Below are positions 40,507 to 50,756 of a stretch of 64,000 bases of DNA, in pieces. The stretch is taken from the NCBI GenBank assembly GCA_040954595.2, contig JBECUI020000025.1, positions 419,406-483,405 on the forward strand. The letters are read 5' to 3'. The notes under the pieces were generated by a model. That model saw only the letters and a program-made list of their open reading frames with translations. It was not told the DNA's origin and made no database searches. Both the position numbers and the translations under genes were made by a program. The DNA is from Balanoglossus misakiensis. Its lineage: Eukaryota; Animalia; Hemichordata. Position 1 is the first letter of the stretch. Each line of letters opens with the position of its first letter.

Positions 40507-42438
40507 ATGTCAGGAAAAACTATGTCAGGAGATAAACTCGAAGAAACTTATACAGAAGGGCCGACACGATCTCTCAAGGGATTGACGTTGATAATCTGTA
40601 AGATTATTGCGGTTTCAATGTCGCTATATCATTTAGCGATAGCTGGGTTTTATTCCTTGCCCCTTATGCAACATAAGGCAATCCATTTAAGCACTGCGTT
40701 GGTACTTACTTTCTTTCTCTATCCCTTGTGTAAAGGGAACAAAAAACAAAAGAGTGCAGTGCCGTGGTACGATATCATTTGTATCATTGTGAGTTTGTTT
40801 ATAGGTGGGTATCTTATTTTCAATTACACCGCACTTGCGTATCGATCCGGTTCGCCCATCCCCATGGATTTATTACTTGGGGGTATGCTTATTATACTGA
40901 TACTAGAAGCAACTCGAAGAACTATGGGTTGGCCTCTTGTGGTTGTTGCCTTGGTTGCTCTTGCTTATGCTAAGTTTGGTAATCTAATACCAGGAATAGC
41001 AGGACACAGAGGATATTCAGTAGAGCGTATTGTCGAACATATGTTTTTAACTGCCGAGGGTATCTATGGGGTGGCCATATATGTTACTGCTTCATTTGTA
41101 TTTATTTTTATATTGATGGGAGCCCTGTTAGTAGAGACAGGAGGAGCAAAATCATTTATTGATATGGCTTTTTCTCTTACTGGTAAATATCGCGGAGGGC
41201 CTGCAAAAGCAGCCGTTGTTGCTAGTGGGTTTATGGGAACGATATCAGGAAGCTCCTTTGCCAATGTAGCAGGAACTGGAACTTTTACTATTCCCTTGAT
41301 GAAAAATGTAGGGTACAAATCCGAGTTTTCTGGTGGAGTGGAAGCGGCTGCTTCTTCGGGAGGACAAATAATGCCTCCTATTATGGGGGCGGCGGCTTTC
41401 ATTATGGCAGAAATGACGAATACACCCTACAATCAGCTAATCTTACATGCTATGATACCCGCGGTATTATATTATCTTTCAGTATTTTTGATGGTAGACA
41501 TCGAAGCTAAAAAAATGAAACTTTCGGGTTTGGCTAAAGAGCAGTTACCCTTGATGAGAGATGTATTACGTCAAGGTGGTTTATTGCTATTAGTACCGTT
41601 GAGTATTTTTGTGATGTTAGTTTTGGGATATACGCCCGTACGTGCTTCTTTCATAGCAGTTATTATGGCTATAGTCGTTACCTTTTTTATGAAACATACA
41701 CGGATGAGTTGGAAGCAATTTTTTACAGCCATGGAAAAGGGAGCGAAAGCTTCACTTGGTGTGATAGCCGCATGCGGAGTCGCAGGCATTATTGTTGGTG
41801 CGGTAACTTTGACAGGACTAGGGTTGAAGTTTGCCGATCTTATAATCACAATATCTGCTGGTAATATTTATCTTGCGTTAATATTTACCATGCTGGCATC
41901 TATTGTTATGGGCATGGGAATGCCAACAACTGCCCTGTATATAATTTTAGGTTCCATTGTTGCCCCTGCACTTGTTGCTTTGGGGGTTCCTCAAATAGCG
42001 GCTCATTTATTTATTTTTTACTTTGGTTGTATGGCATCAGTTACACCTCCCGTTGCATTGAGTTCGTATTTAGCGGCTTCTATAGCACGTGCTAACCCGA
42101 CTAAGACTGCTCTAAATGGTTTGCGGCTTGCTTCTGCAGCATTCATTTTGCCGTTTATTTTTGCACTGTCTCCAGAGCTGGTGCTTGTTGATGCTACACC
42201 TTTATCCATTGCCTTGATATTGCTAACGTCTGTGGTGGGAATTTTTGCTCTAGCAACAACTATGGGGCGTTTTATTCGACATAAAACCAATATATTGGAA
42301 ACAGCGTTAATGGCAGTTTCGGCGATACTTTTGCTTTTGCCTAGTTTTATAACCGATATTGTGGGATTGAGTACCTTTCTTTTTTGCTACTTCATCTTGC
42401 ATAGGATACGGGTGAAAAAGCTAGAGTTGGCAGTATGA
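40507..42438 (+). CDS. TRAP transporter fused 4TM/12TM permease
   Basis: GGPAKAAVVAS, EAAASSGGQIMPPIMGAAAF, GMGMPTTALY, TPPVAL. Confidence 0.93.
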   Translation: MSGKTMSGDKLEETYTEGPTRSLKGLTLIICKIIAVSMSLYHLAIAGFYSLPLMQHKAIHLSTALVLTFFLYPLCKGNKKQKSAVPWYDIICIIVSLFIGGYLIFNYTALAYRSGSPIPMDLLLGGMLIILILEATRRTMGWPLVVVALVALAYAKFGNLIPGIAGHRGYSVERIVEHMFLTAEGIYGVAIYVTASFVFIFILMGALLVETGGAKSFIDMAFSLTGKYRGGPAKAAVVASGFMGTISGSSFANVAGTGTFTIPLMKNVGYKSEFSGGVEAAASSGGQIMPPIMGAAAFIMAEMTNTPYNQLILHAMIPAVLYYLSVFLMVDIEAKKMKLSGLAKEQLPLMRDVLRQGGLLLLVPLSIFVMLVLGYTPVRASFIAVIMAIVVTFFMKHTRMSWKQFFTAMEKGAKASLGVIAACGVAGIIVGAVTLTGLGLKFADLIITISAGNIYLALIFTMLASIVMGMGMPTTALYIILGSIVAPALVALGVPQIAAHLFIFYFGCMASVTPPVALSSYLAASIARANPTKTALNGLRLASAAFILPFIFALSPELVLVDATPLSIALILLTSVVGIFALATTMGRFIRHKTNILETALMAVSAILLLLPSFITDIVGLSTFLFCYFILHRIRVKKLELAV

Positions 42439-43508
42439 TTATAGCTGTATTAGGATCAGGTAACGGTGGTTGTGCCATGGCGGCGGAATTAGCGTTGGCT
42501 AATCATCAAGTGCGGTTATATGATAAATTTCAGGTGGCATTAGAAGGTCCTCAAAAAAAGGGGGGCGTGAATGTAACACGAGGTGAAGAACAAGCATTTG
42601 CACAGATAGATCATATCACGTCCGATCTTTCGGAGGCGGTAGAGTCTGCTGAAATGATAATGATTGTTACCCCTGCTTATGCACATAAAGAAATTGCCGA
42701 AGAGTTAGCTCCCTTATTGCAAGATGGACAGACTTTAGTTTTGCATCCTGGAAGAACAGGAGGAGCTCTCGAGTTGAGAAATGTCATTTCTCAAAAAAAA
42801 CCGACTGTTACAGTGTACATCGCAGAAGCACAAACCTTGCTCTATGCAGCTCGAAGAACAACGGAGCATGCAGTAGTTATTTATGGGAAGAAGAAGGAAG
42901 TATTGCTTGCCGCTTTACCGACGAGTGATACGCCAAAAGTTTTGGAAAAAATCAACCAGTTATTTCCACAATTTGTTGGGGCGTCTAACGTCATGGAGAC
43001 GAGCCTACTCAATATTGGGGCTGTTTTTCATCCTGGCCCAGTACTCTTAAATATGGGATGGATAGAAAGCAAAGATAATTTTAAACATTATCATGATGGA
43101 TTTTCTCCTGCTATTTCACAAATTCTAGAACAAGTAGACGCAGAACGAGTAGCTATTGCTGATGCTATGAATGTGCCTACATTGAGTGCTGTAGACTGGC
43201 TTAAAGCGTCTTACGATATTCCAAAAGAGGTGCAAGGGTTAAGTCAAACAATTCGTGCTAATAAGAGTTACGCAAGCATAGAAGCACCTACAAGTCTCAA
43301 TGTACGCTATATCACCGAAGATGTACCCATGAGTCTCGTGCCTTTAGCAGAGTTAGGTAAAGCGATGGGAACATCAACACACTTCATAGACATGATAATA
43401 GATATGGCTAATTGTGTACACAATACTGATTACAGAAATAGTGGTCGAACATTGGAAAATTTAGGACTACAGGGTTTACGTAAAGAAGAAATTTTTGCAC
43501 GGTTATAG
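42435..43508 (+). CDS. NAD/NADP-dependent octopine/nopaline (opine) dehydrogenase family protein
   Basis: GSGNGGCA Rossmann motif, NIGAVFHP, RYITEDVP, GRTLENLG. Confidence 0.88.
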   Translation: MIIAVLGSGNGGCAMAAELALANHQVRLYDKFQVALEGPQKKGGVNVTRGEEQAFAQIDHITSDLSEAVESAEMIMIVTPAYAHKEIAEELAPLLQDGQTLVLHPGRTGGALELRNVISQKKPTVTVYIAEAQTLLYAARRTTEHAVVIYGKKKEVLLAALPTSDTPKVLEKINQLFPQFVGASNVMETSLLNIGAVFHPGPVLLNMGWIESKDNFKHYHDGFSPAISQILEQVDAERVAIADAMNVPTLSAVDWLKASYDIPKEVQGLSQTIRANKSYASIEAPTSLNVRYITEDVPMSLVPLAELGKAMGTSTHFIDMIIDMANCVHNTDYRNSGRTLENLGLQGLRKEEIFARL

Positions 43509-43511
43509 ATC

Positions 43512-44627
43512 GTGAAAATAACAGAAATAATTGCCGAAAAATTACAAGTGCCTCTCAAAGAAATGTATGTGTTGTCTCAGTTTATGGGAAATGCGGAGGT
43601 AACTCATCCCGTTCTTATTAGAATAAAAACAGATGTAGGTATCGAGGGTTTAGGCGAAGCTGATCCACATGTTCCGTTTACGGCAGAGGATGCAGATATG
43701 GTAGTTCATGTACTTTCTCGTTATCTGATACCTGTTCTTTTAGAGAAAGATCCTACCGACATTACAGAAATACATAAACTTATGGAAGCATGTATTAAAG
43801 GGAATCCGCTTATAAAAGCTGCTATAGATATGGCATGCTACGATATCACGGGTAAATTGAATAATGTTTCCGTCAGCTCTCTCTTAGGAGGAGCGAAGAG
43901 GGATAGTATTTCAAGTATGTGGGCTATAGGTAATGATGATGTAGAACGTTCATGTAAAAAAGCATTGCTTGCACAAGAACAAGGATACAAAACAATCATG
44001 ATAAAAGTCGGGCGTTATAGCGTAGCTGATGATATCAATCGGATAAAAGCTATAAGAAAGAGTATAGGTGACGATTGTTTTATCATAGCTGATGCCAATC
44101 AAGCATGGAGTGTGGATAATGCACTCGACTTTTTGAAAGCGGCATCTACATACAATATTGGATTATTAGAACAACCTGTTCGGAGTGATGATATAGAAGG
44201 GCTTAAGAAAATACGTAGTAGTTCGCCTATACCAATCAGTGCCGACGAAAGTTTATTTTCGATAAAAGATGCTAAGACATTAATTCAAGAGCAGGCAGTA
44301 GATTCGTTCAGTATCAAAGTTGCTAAGCATGGTGGCATATATCCTGCACAAAAAATAATGATGCTTGCAGAGGAAGCTGGTATTCCTTGTCTTATGAATT
44401 CTATGCTAGAAGAAGGCATAACTCAAGCTGCAAGTTTAAATTTGGGGCTTTGGGCTAATAATCTTCTGGATATTGGGCATGCGTATTTTTCTCCGCTACG
44501 TTTGGAGAATGATATAACTGATTATTCGGATAATTTGCAAAATGGAACTATTTATAAACCTGCAAAATCAGGCTTAGGAGTAAGTGTTTTGGATGATGTG
44601 CTAGGTCTGTATAAAACATTCAATTAA
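43512..44627 (+). CDS. Enolase-superfamily racemase/epimerase (muconate-lactonizing-enzyme subgroup)
   Basis: GLGEA, AAIDMACYD, DANQAW, LEQP, ADES, IKVAKHGG. Confidence 0.88.
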   Translation: MKITEIIAEKLQVPLKEMYVLSQFMGNAEVTHPVLIRIKTDVGIEGLGEADPHVPFTAEDADMVVHVLSRYLIPVLLEKDPTDITEIHKLMEACIKGNPLIKAAIDMACYDITGKLNNVSVSSLLGGAKRDSISSMWAIGNDDVERSCKKALLAQEQGYKTIMIKVGRYSVADDINRIKAIRKSIGDDCFIIADANQAWSVDNALDFLKAASTYNIGLLEQPVRSDDIEGLKKIRSSSPIPISADESLFSIKDAKTLIQEQAVDSFSIKVAKHGGIYPAQKIMMLAEEAGIPCLMNSMLEEGITQAASLNLGLWANNLLDIGHAYFSPLRLENDITDYSDNLQNGTIYKPAKSGLGVSVLDDVLGLYKTFN

Positions 44628-45704
44628 ATGTACAAAAGGAATGATATTATGGATGGAAAGATACAATTACATTATTTATCACAGGAGAATATGCTTGAGG
44701 CAGGTTGCTTTGATATGAACCTTGCTATAAAGTCTGCTCAAAAGGGCATTGAAGATTTTTCTCGAGGAAGGATTTTATTTCCAGAAAAAATTGTACAGAT
44801 TTTTAACGATCAAACACAAGATAGGATTAATTGTCTGCCGGCGACCTTGTTGGAAGAGAATATTTGTGGCATGAAGTGGGTCTCTGTATTTCCTCAAAAT
44901 CCGCAAAAATACAACAAACAAAATCTGTCTGCTATTATCATATTATCGGAGATACATTCGGGATTTCCTGTAGCGGTGATGGATGGTACGCTGTGTTCTA
45001 ATATGCGTGTTGGTGCTGTTGGTGCATTGGCTGCGCGACATCTTGCTCGAGATAATAGCGAGGTAATTGGATTTATTGGTGCCGGAGAACAGGCAAAGAT
45101 GCATCTTGTTGCCATGAAAAATGTGCGTCCATGTATAAAAGAATGTCGTGTGGGTGCTAAAACGGCAGTGGAAGAGGAAAAATTTATACACGATCTTTCA
45201 CCCCTATATACAGATATACATTTTGTGGCTACAGGTGGAGATTTGAAAAAAGCAATTACGGGAGCTGATATTATAGTAACCGCAACCAGTATTCAACGAC
45301 CTTTGCTGGAAGATAAATGGATTAAGGAAGGTGCTTTTTATAGTCATATTGGCGGATGGGAAGACGAATACCTTGTTGCTCAGAATAGTGATAAAATTGT
45401 GTGCGACGATTGGGAAACTGTTAAACACAGAACGCAGACCTTAAGCCGAATGTATAAAGATGGGGTTCTCAAAGACGATGATATTTATGCAAATTTAAGT
45501 GAGATTGTATTAGGGAAGAAAGTAGGACGCGAAACCGAGCAGGAGCGAATATATTTTAATGCGGTTGGACTTTCTTATATCGATATCTCTATCGCCTATG
45601 CACTGTGGAGAAAAACAGAAAAAGCAGGGGCAGGGACGATGCAATATCTCCAAGAACAAATGATATTTGACCATCCTTCTCTTGAAAACTTTATGCAGAT
45701 GTGA
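44628..45704 (+). CDS. Ornithine cyclodeaminase / mu-crystallin family protein
   Basis: GMKWVSVFPQN, SNMRVGA, FIGAGEQAKMH, ADIIVTAT, FNAVGL..ID. Confidence 0.9.
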   Translation: MYKRNDIMDGKIQLHYLSQENMLEAGCFDMNLAIKSAQKGIEDFSRGRILFPEKIVQIFNDQTQDRINCLPATLLEENICGMKWVSVFPQNPQKYNKQNLSAIIILSEIHSGFPVAVMDGTLCSNMRVGAVGALAARHLARDNSEVIGFIGAGEQAKMHLVAMKNVRPCIKECRVGAKTAVEEEKFIHDLSPLYTDIHFVATGGDLKKAITGADIIVTATSIQRPLLEDKWIKEGAFYSHIGGWEDEYLVAQNSDKIVCDDWETVKHRTQTLSRMYKDGVLKDDDIYANLSEIVLGKKVGRETEQERIYFNAVGLSYIDISIAYALWRKTEKAGAGTMQYLQEQMIFDHPSLENFMQM

Positions 45705-45744
45705 TGTAGGGAATAAATATTTTTTGATAGACTGATTAATAAGA
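44960..45744 (+). repeat. Direct repeat C, left copy (785 bp, 3' part of the OCD gene plus 40 bp); partner 55376-56160
   Basis: Colinear with about 5 visible substitutions. Confidence 0.95.
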
Positions 45745-45996
45745 GGCTCTGATGAAACGAAGTCAAATAAATACTGTTATAAAGAGAGCTGGGGTTTAGG
45801 TTAGGACGTTCTAATCCTGATGGTTCTATTTTGCTAAAATATTGGTTTATATGATAGGAAAATATGTAAAAAAGTAACGTTAGTGTATTCGTTTTCGGAT
45901 TTCGGCAATGCTTATATTACCTATTGCACTCAGATTTTGCAGGTTAAGTTGTGCTTGCATATGAGCTTCGTAAATTGTTTGTTCCCATCCTATGCC
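45738..45996 (+). pseudogene. Internally deleted ghost of the lyxose isomerase gene plus the PfkB 3' end (source about 27694-28565)
   Basis: Four colinear blocks matching about 27694-27739, 28044-28089, 28361-28388 and 28426-28565. Confidence 0.9.
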
Positions 45997-46098
45997 GCAG
46001 TATTCAAATTAATATCCGAACGGAAGTAGAAAAAAGACTTCATAAGGGGTGCGATGCCTTAACAACAATCAATCTGCATAGTTAGCGAGCTACTTATC

Positions 46099-47091
46099 CT
46101 AGTTATGTTTTAACGATCGATAATTCAATATCATTAATACAATAATTAATAAACCAAATGTAAAATCTTTAAAGAATTGACTATATCTGAGTAAGTTGTA
46201 TCCACTCGATAAAAACTGCAATGTCATAACAGCTAAGATTACGCCTCTAACCCTACCATGCCCCCCTTCGGGTAATACTCCTCCCAAGATAACAATTAAT
46301 AGTGCAACTAATGTATAGCTGTTTCCATAATCTGCTTTTGCTGACACTGTTCTTCCGACAATAGTTAATCCTGCTATCGACGATAACATACCACTCATCG
46401 CATATGTTTTGATAATAACCCAGTCGTTTTTAATCCCACTAAATCTTGATGCTGTGGGATTTGTTCCTAGCATTTTCATATTAAACCCATGTGGATATTT
46501 TTTTAGAACACATACAACAAACAATGCTGTTCCTAAAAAGATAAGCATGGGAATAGGCATAATACCAATGTAGCCATTACCGATAATAGCATATTGGTCT
46601 GGAACTCCAAAAACAGAACTCCCCTTTGTTATGCCCGTAGCAATACCGGTAAATAATTGCATAGTCCCCAAGGTTGTCAAAATGGGAAGCACTTTTATTT
46701 TAGATATTAAAAATCCGTTAAACATTCCACACAAAATTCCTGTTATAATACCAACAAGAATTCCCAAAACAATAACCATAGATATATAAAATATACTCGA
46801 TTCTGGATTGTTCAAACTAGACATTGTATATACTGCCATTATTGCAGATAAATTGCCGATACCGACAATAGATAAATCAATACCACCTGTTATCATGGCA
46901 AGCATCATAGCAAAAGAAAAAATACCGATCTCAGGAAATTGAAATGCCATAGAGTTAATATTATTACTCGAGAAAAATTTTCCTTGAAGGATAATAGTTA
47001 GCATAACAAATAAAATTACCATGGCAAACAATAGTCTTACCAATGGTATGTTGTTTTTATCTATGGTTAATATTTGTTTTAAATTTTTCAT
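46099..47091 (-). CDS. Monosaccharide/AI-2-type ABC permease
   Basis: GGIDLSIVG, ASRFSGI, ILGGV. Confidence 0.88.
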   Translation of the reverse strand: MKNLKQILTIDKNNIPLVRLLFAMVILFVMLTIILQGKFFSSNNINSMAFQFPEIGIFSFAMMLAMITGGIDLSIVGIGNLSAIMAVYTMSSLNNPESSIFYISMVIVLGILVGIITGILCGMFNGFLISKIKVLPILTTLGTMQLFTGIATGITKGSSVFGVPDQYAIIGNGYIGIMPIPMLIFLGTALFVVCVLKKYPHGFNMKMLGTNPTASRFSGIKNDWVIIKTYAMSGMLSSIAGLTIVGRTVSAKADYGNSYTLVALLIVILGGVLPEGGHGRVRGVILAVMTLQFLSSGYNLLRYSQFFKDFTFGLLIIVLMILNYRSLKHN

Positions 47092-47103
47092 AATACTGCC
47101 ACC

Positions 47104-48096
47104 CTATTGGTATACCTTATTTCTAAATGCAGAAATTCCTACTCCTAAAATAATGAATAGCCCAATAATAAAAGTTTGCCATTCCGATGTGATTCCTAAT
47201 AAAATTAAACTATTGGTAATAATTACAATCAAGGTTATCCCCAGCAAAGACCCCAACACCGTAGCTTTTCCTCCAGTAATTCTCGCTCCGCCTATGGCAA
47301 CCGCCGCAATAATTATTAACTCTTGCCCTAAAAAACTACGAATACTAGCAGCTCTTAGTAGAGTTACAAATATAATACCTGCAACCCCAGACATAAATCC
47401 GACAAACATATAAATAAAATAAGAAATACGTCTAAGATTATATCCCGCTCTTAATGCCGATTTTTCGGATCCACCCATGGCATATATGCCACGTCCCAAA
47501 TAGGTATATGTTAAGATAAACCATGTTAGAGCGACAAAAAACACTAAAATATAAAACGATTCTGGTAGCGTAGATATTATCCCATGTTGATTTTGTATTG
47601 ATAATATATTTTTCAAATGATACCCATCTAGTATTTCGGGGATAAGATAAACTTCTTTAATAGTTCCCCCCAAAAACATCCCTAAGGCACCTGTGTAAAT
47701 CGACGAAGTACTAAGCGTTGCAATTAATGTTGGTACTTTATATTCATAGATAATTACTGCATTTATTGTTCCTAGCAACATTCCAATGGCGCCAGATATT
47801 AAAAACACCCACAGAATATTTCCCTCGTATCCCGTGCGCAACATTATGGTAACCGTAACATAAGAACTTACCGCAGCAATAACAGGAGAAGAAACATCTA
47901 TACCGCCCGAAGCAATTACAAGCGTAACACACAGTGCAAAAATGCACATAACAATACTACTCCTGACAAGAGTAATTACATTTCCAAGGGTTAGAAATAC
48001 AGGATTATTTATACCAATAATCGCCGATAATATAACAATAACCACGAAAAGCAAAAACTCGTTCGATTGTAATATTCTACTTTTCATATAGTACAT
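47104..48096 (-). CDS. Monosaccharide/AI-2-type ABC permease
   Basis: GGIDVS, ELIIIAAVAIGGA. Confidence 0.88.
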   Translation of the reverse strand: MYYMKSRILQSNEFLLFVVIVILSAIIGINNPVFLTLGNVITLVRSSIVMCIFALCVTLVIASGGIDVSSPVIAAVSSYVTVTIMLRTGYEGNILWVFLISGAIGMLLGTINAVIIYEYKVPTLIATLSTSSIYTGALGMFLGGTIKEVYLIPEILDGYHLKNILSIQNQHGIISTLPESFYILVFFVALTWFILTYTYLGRGIYAMGGSEKSALRAGYNLRRISYFIYMFVGFMSGVAGIIFVTLLRAASIRSFLGQELIIIAAVAIGGARITGGKATVLGSLLGITLIVIITNSLILLGITSEWQTFIIGLFIILGVGISAFRNKVYQ

Positions 48097-48106
48097 CTTT
48101 TCCTTT

Positions 48107-49612
48107 CTAAGTATTACTTAATTGTTCGCTCAGCGTTTTTTCGTCAATTTTATCAGTATCAAAGGTGTCTGTTATTTCTCCGTGTTTCATAAGCAATATT
48201 CGGTTGCTGTTGTATAACAGTTCGGGTAAATCGTCCGAAATAATAATTACACCTATTGCTTGCTTCGCTAAATCTGCAATAATTGTATATATTTCATCTT
48301 TAGAACCTATGTCTACTCCAACTGTTGGACCATTAAAAATAATAACATTAAGATCATTTATCAGCCATTTTCCAATAAGTACTCGCTGTTGATTTCCTCC
48401 TGACATAGACTGCACGGGCAATTCGGGAGAAGGTGTAAGCAGTTTTAAACTGTTAATAAGCTCGGTAACTTTTTTGTTAGCCGTATTCCAATTGATCACA
48501 TTATATTTGCCAACAAATTTTTTAATTGATGCCGCAATAAGGTTATTACTAATTGTTCTCGGTAAAAATAGTCCTTCTGTCAATCTATCATTTGGTATAT
48601 ATGCTATCTTTTTTTCTATAGCATCAGATACACTTTTAATAACGACTCGTTCTCCCTTAACATATATATTACCTTCTTCTATTGTTTCTAATCCGAAAAG
48701 AGCATTAGCTAATTTTGTTCTGCCCGATCCTAATAGTCCAGTAATCCCTAGAATTTCTCCCTCGTACACCGAAAAAGAAATGTCCTTAAACTCGCCTCTA
48801 CGCGAAATGTTTACTACTTCAAATATTGTGTTATCTTTATTAATTGTTCTATCAAAACTTCTGTTGCCAAACTCTCGACCTGTCATATAATACGAAAAAT
48901 TTGAAGTAGTAAAATGATCAATCGTTTCGGATATTACGTTCTCTCCATTTCTAAGAATGGTTACCCTATCAGCAAAACCAAAAACCTCATCCGTTTTATG
49001 ACTAACAAAAACAACAGACATGCCTCTTTCTTTTAATTCATTGGTAACGCTAAATAGCGTAGATACTTCTTTTTTTGTTAATGCTGTTGTTGGTTCGTCC
49101 ATTATAAACACTTTTGCATCCTGAATAATGGCTTTGCAAATTTCTACTAATTGTTTATCTGCAACAGTCAGATTTTCGACATATTCATTTATATCTAAGT
49201 CCAATGCAAGTTTATCTATTATCTGCTGTGCTATATCACGATTTTTTTTCCATCTTACAATTTTTTTCTTGTTAGCTAGCTGATACGGCGACGCAATGTT
49301 TTCGGCAACAGTTAAATTAGGGAATACAGAAAAATCTTGATAAATAACTTGTATCCCTTGGCGAATGGCTTCTATTGTAGATAAAGAACTATACGAATTA
49401 CCATCAATAATAATCTCGCCCGAATCTGGTGCATGAACTCCAGACATAGCTTTAATCAAAGTCGATTTACCACTACCATTTTCCCCAGCAAGACAATGGA
49501 CTTCGCCTAATCTAATTTTAAAGTCCACTCCCTTTAGTGCTTGTACACCGGCAAAAGACTTCATTACATGTTTCACTTCAATAAAAAGACTATCGCCCAT
49601 ACTCTCGTTCAT
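48107..49612 (-). CDS. Sugar ABC ATP-binding protein
   Basis: GENGSGKST, DEPTTAL, MSGGNQQR, NGPTVGVDIGSK. Confidence 0.92.
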   Translation of the reverse strand: MNESMGDSLFIEVKHVMKSFAGVQALKGVDFKIRLGEVHCLAGENGSGKSTLIKAMSGVHAPDSGEIIIDGNSYSSLSTIEAIRQGIQVIYQDFSVFPNLTVAENIASPYQLANKKKIVRWKKNRDIAQQIIDKLALDLDINEYVENLTVADKQLVEICKAIIQDAKVFIMDEPTTALTKKEVSTLFSVTNELKERGMSVVFVSHKTDEVFGFADRVTILRNGENVISETIDHFTTSNFSYYMTGREFGNRSFDRTINKDNTIFEVVNISRRGEFKDISFSVYEGEILGITGLLGSGRTKLANALFGLETIEEGNIYVKGERVVIKSVSDAIEKKIAYIPNDRLTEGLFLPRTISNNLIAASIKKFVGKYNVINWNTANKKVTELINSLKLLTPSPELPVQSMSGGNQQRVLIGKWLINDLNVIIFNGPTVGVDIGSKDEIYTIIADLAKQAIGVIIISDDLPELLYNSNRILLMKHGEITDTFDTDKIDEKTLSEQLSNT

Positions 49613-49674
49613 TTTCTCTATAAACTGTAGGAAAGACTTCGCTAATCATGACGTAGTCTTACAATATTTACATA

Positions 49675-50697
49675 TTAGTACGTAAAATCATCTACATTAG
49701 TCTTATCAGCAAAAACCCAAGCCGACCCATAGATAACTTTTCCTTCAAGTGAAATGTTTTCATATCCTGGACGATTAAAATTGTGTCCATCCTTAATTTC
49801 TCTACCTTCAAGTATTTCGATTGCTATCAGGTTCATAACATATCCTGCTTCTGCCGGATCCCAAAATCCGATACTATGAATCGTTCCATTATTGATATAC
49901 TTTTTTGAAGCCGAAGGGACACTTGTTCCTATAAGAGTCAGTTTTCCTGCTTTTCCTAGTTCTTCTACGGCCTGTGCCGCTCCTGCAACATCAGTTCCTG
50001 CACTACCCTGTATCCCCTTAAGGTTTGGATATGCATATAACAATTCTTTTGTTTTGTTATACGCAACCTGAATATCATCGTTGCTTTCATTCTTATTAGA
50101 AACCAATGTCATATTAGGATATGCTTCCGCTTGTAATTGAGTACTACCATCGACCCATTCGTTATGAGTTTTAGATGTTAAACTTCCAACAAATGTTGTA
50201 TACTCACCTTCAAAGCCCATTCCCTCAGAAAGACGTCTCATAAATTCCGCCCCATATTGAACATTATAAAATGCCTCTAAGTCATAATGAGCATTCTTGA
50301 TAGAAGATGCCTCATGCGTAACAACAACAATACCTGCATCCATAGCTTTTTTAAGCACTGGTTCAACTGCTTCTACAGAATACGGAATAACTAAAATTGC
50401 ATCTACTCCTTGGGCTATTACATCTTCAATGTACTTAACCTGTACAGCAGCATCAGCATCAGTAGAGCCAGTTTGATACGCATCATGACCAGTGTCATTA
50501 GCAAACCATTTTACTCCTTCTTCCATACGATCAAACCATCCTATACCTACTAACTTAGGAATAGTTACAATTGTATATTGCTTCTCCTCCTGAGAACTAC
50601 TAGTAGCCGTCCCCTTCTCTTCACTTTGATTACATCCTGCAAAAGCAAGTGCCATCACCATTAATACCAAAATTACCCTTAAATATTTTATATTCAT
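49675..50697 (-). CDS. LsrB/rhamnose-like ABC solute-binding lipoprotein
   Basis: FAGC lipobox, PKLVGIGWFDRM, FWDPAEAG; AGGAGG RBS before ATG 50697. Confidence 0.85.
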   Translation of the reverse strand: MNIKYLRVILVLMVMALAFAGCNQSEEKGTATSSSQEEKQYTIVTIPKLVGIGWFDRMEEGVKWFANDTGHDAYQTGSTDADAAVQVKYIEDVIAQGVDAILVIPYSVEAVEPVLKKAMDAGIVVVTHEASSIKNAHYDLEAFYNVQYGAEFMRRLSEGMGFEGEYTTFVGSLTSKTHNEWVDGSTQLQAEAYPNMTLVSNKNESNDDIQVAYNKTKELLYAYPNLKGIQGSAGTDVAGAAQAVEELGKAGKLTLIGTSVPSASKKYINNGTIHSIGFWDPAEAGYVMNLIAIEILEGREIKDGHNFNRPGYENISLEGKVIYGSAWVFADKTNVDDFTY

Positions 50698-50756
50698 ACA
50701 TTCCTCCTTATATTTTTTATTTGTTTTATTTCTAATAACTACAACATATTCTGATG

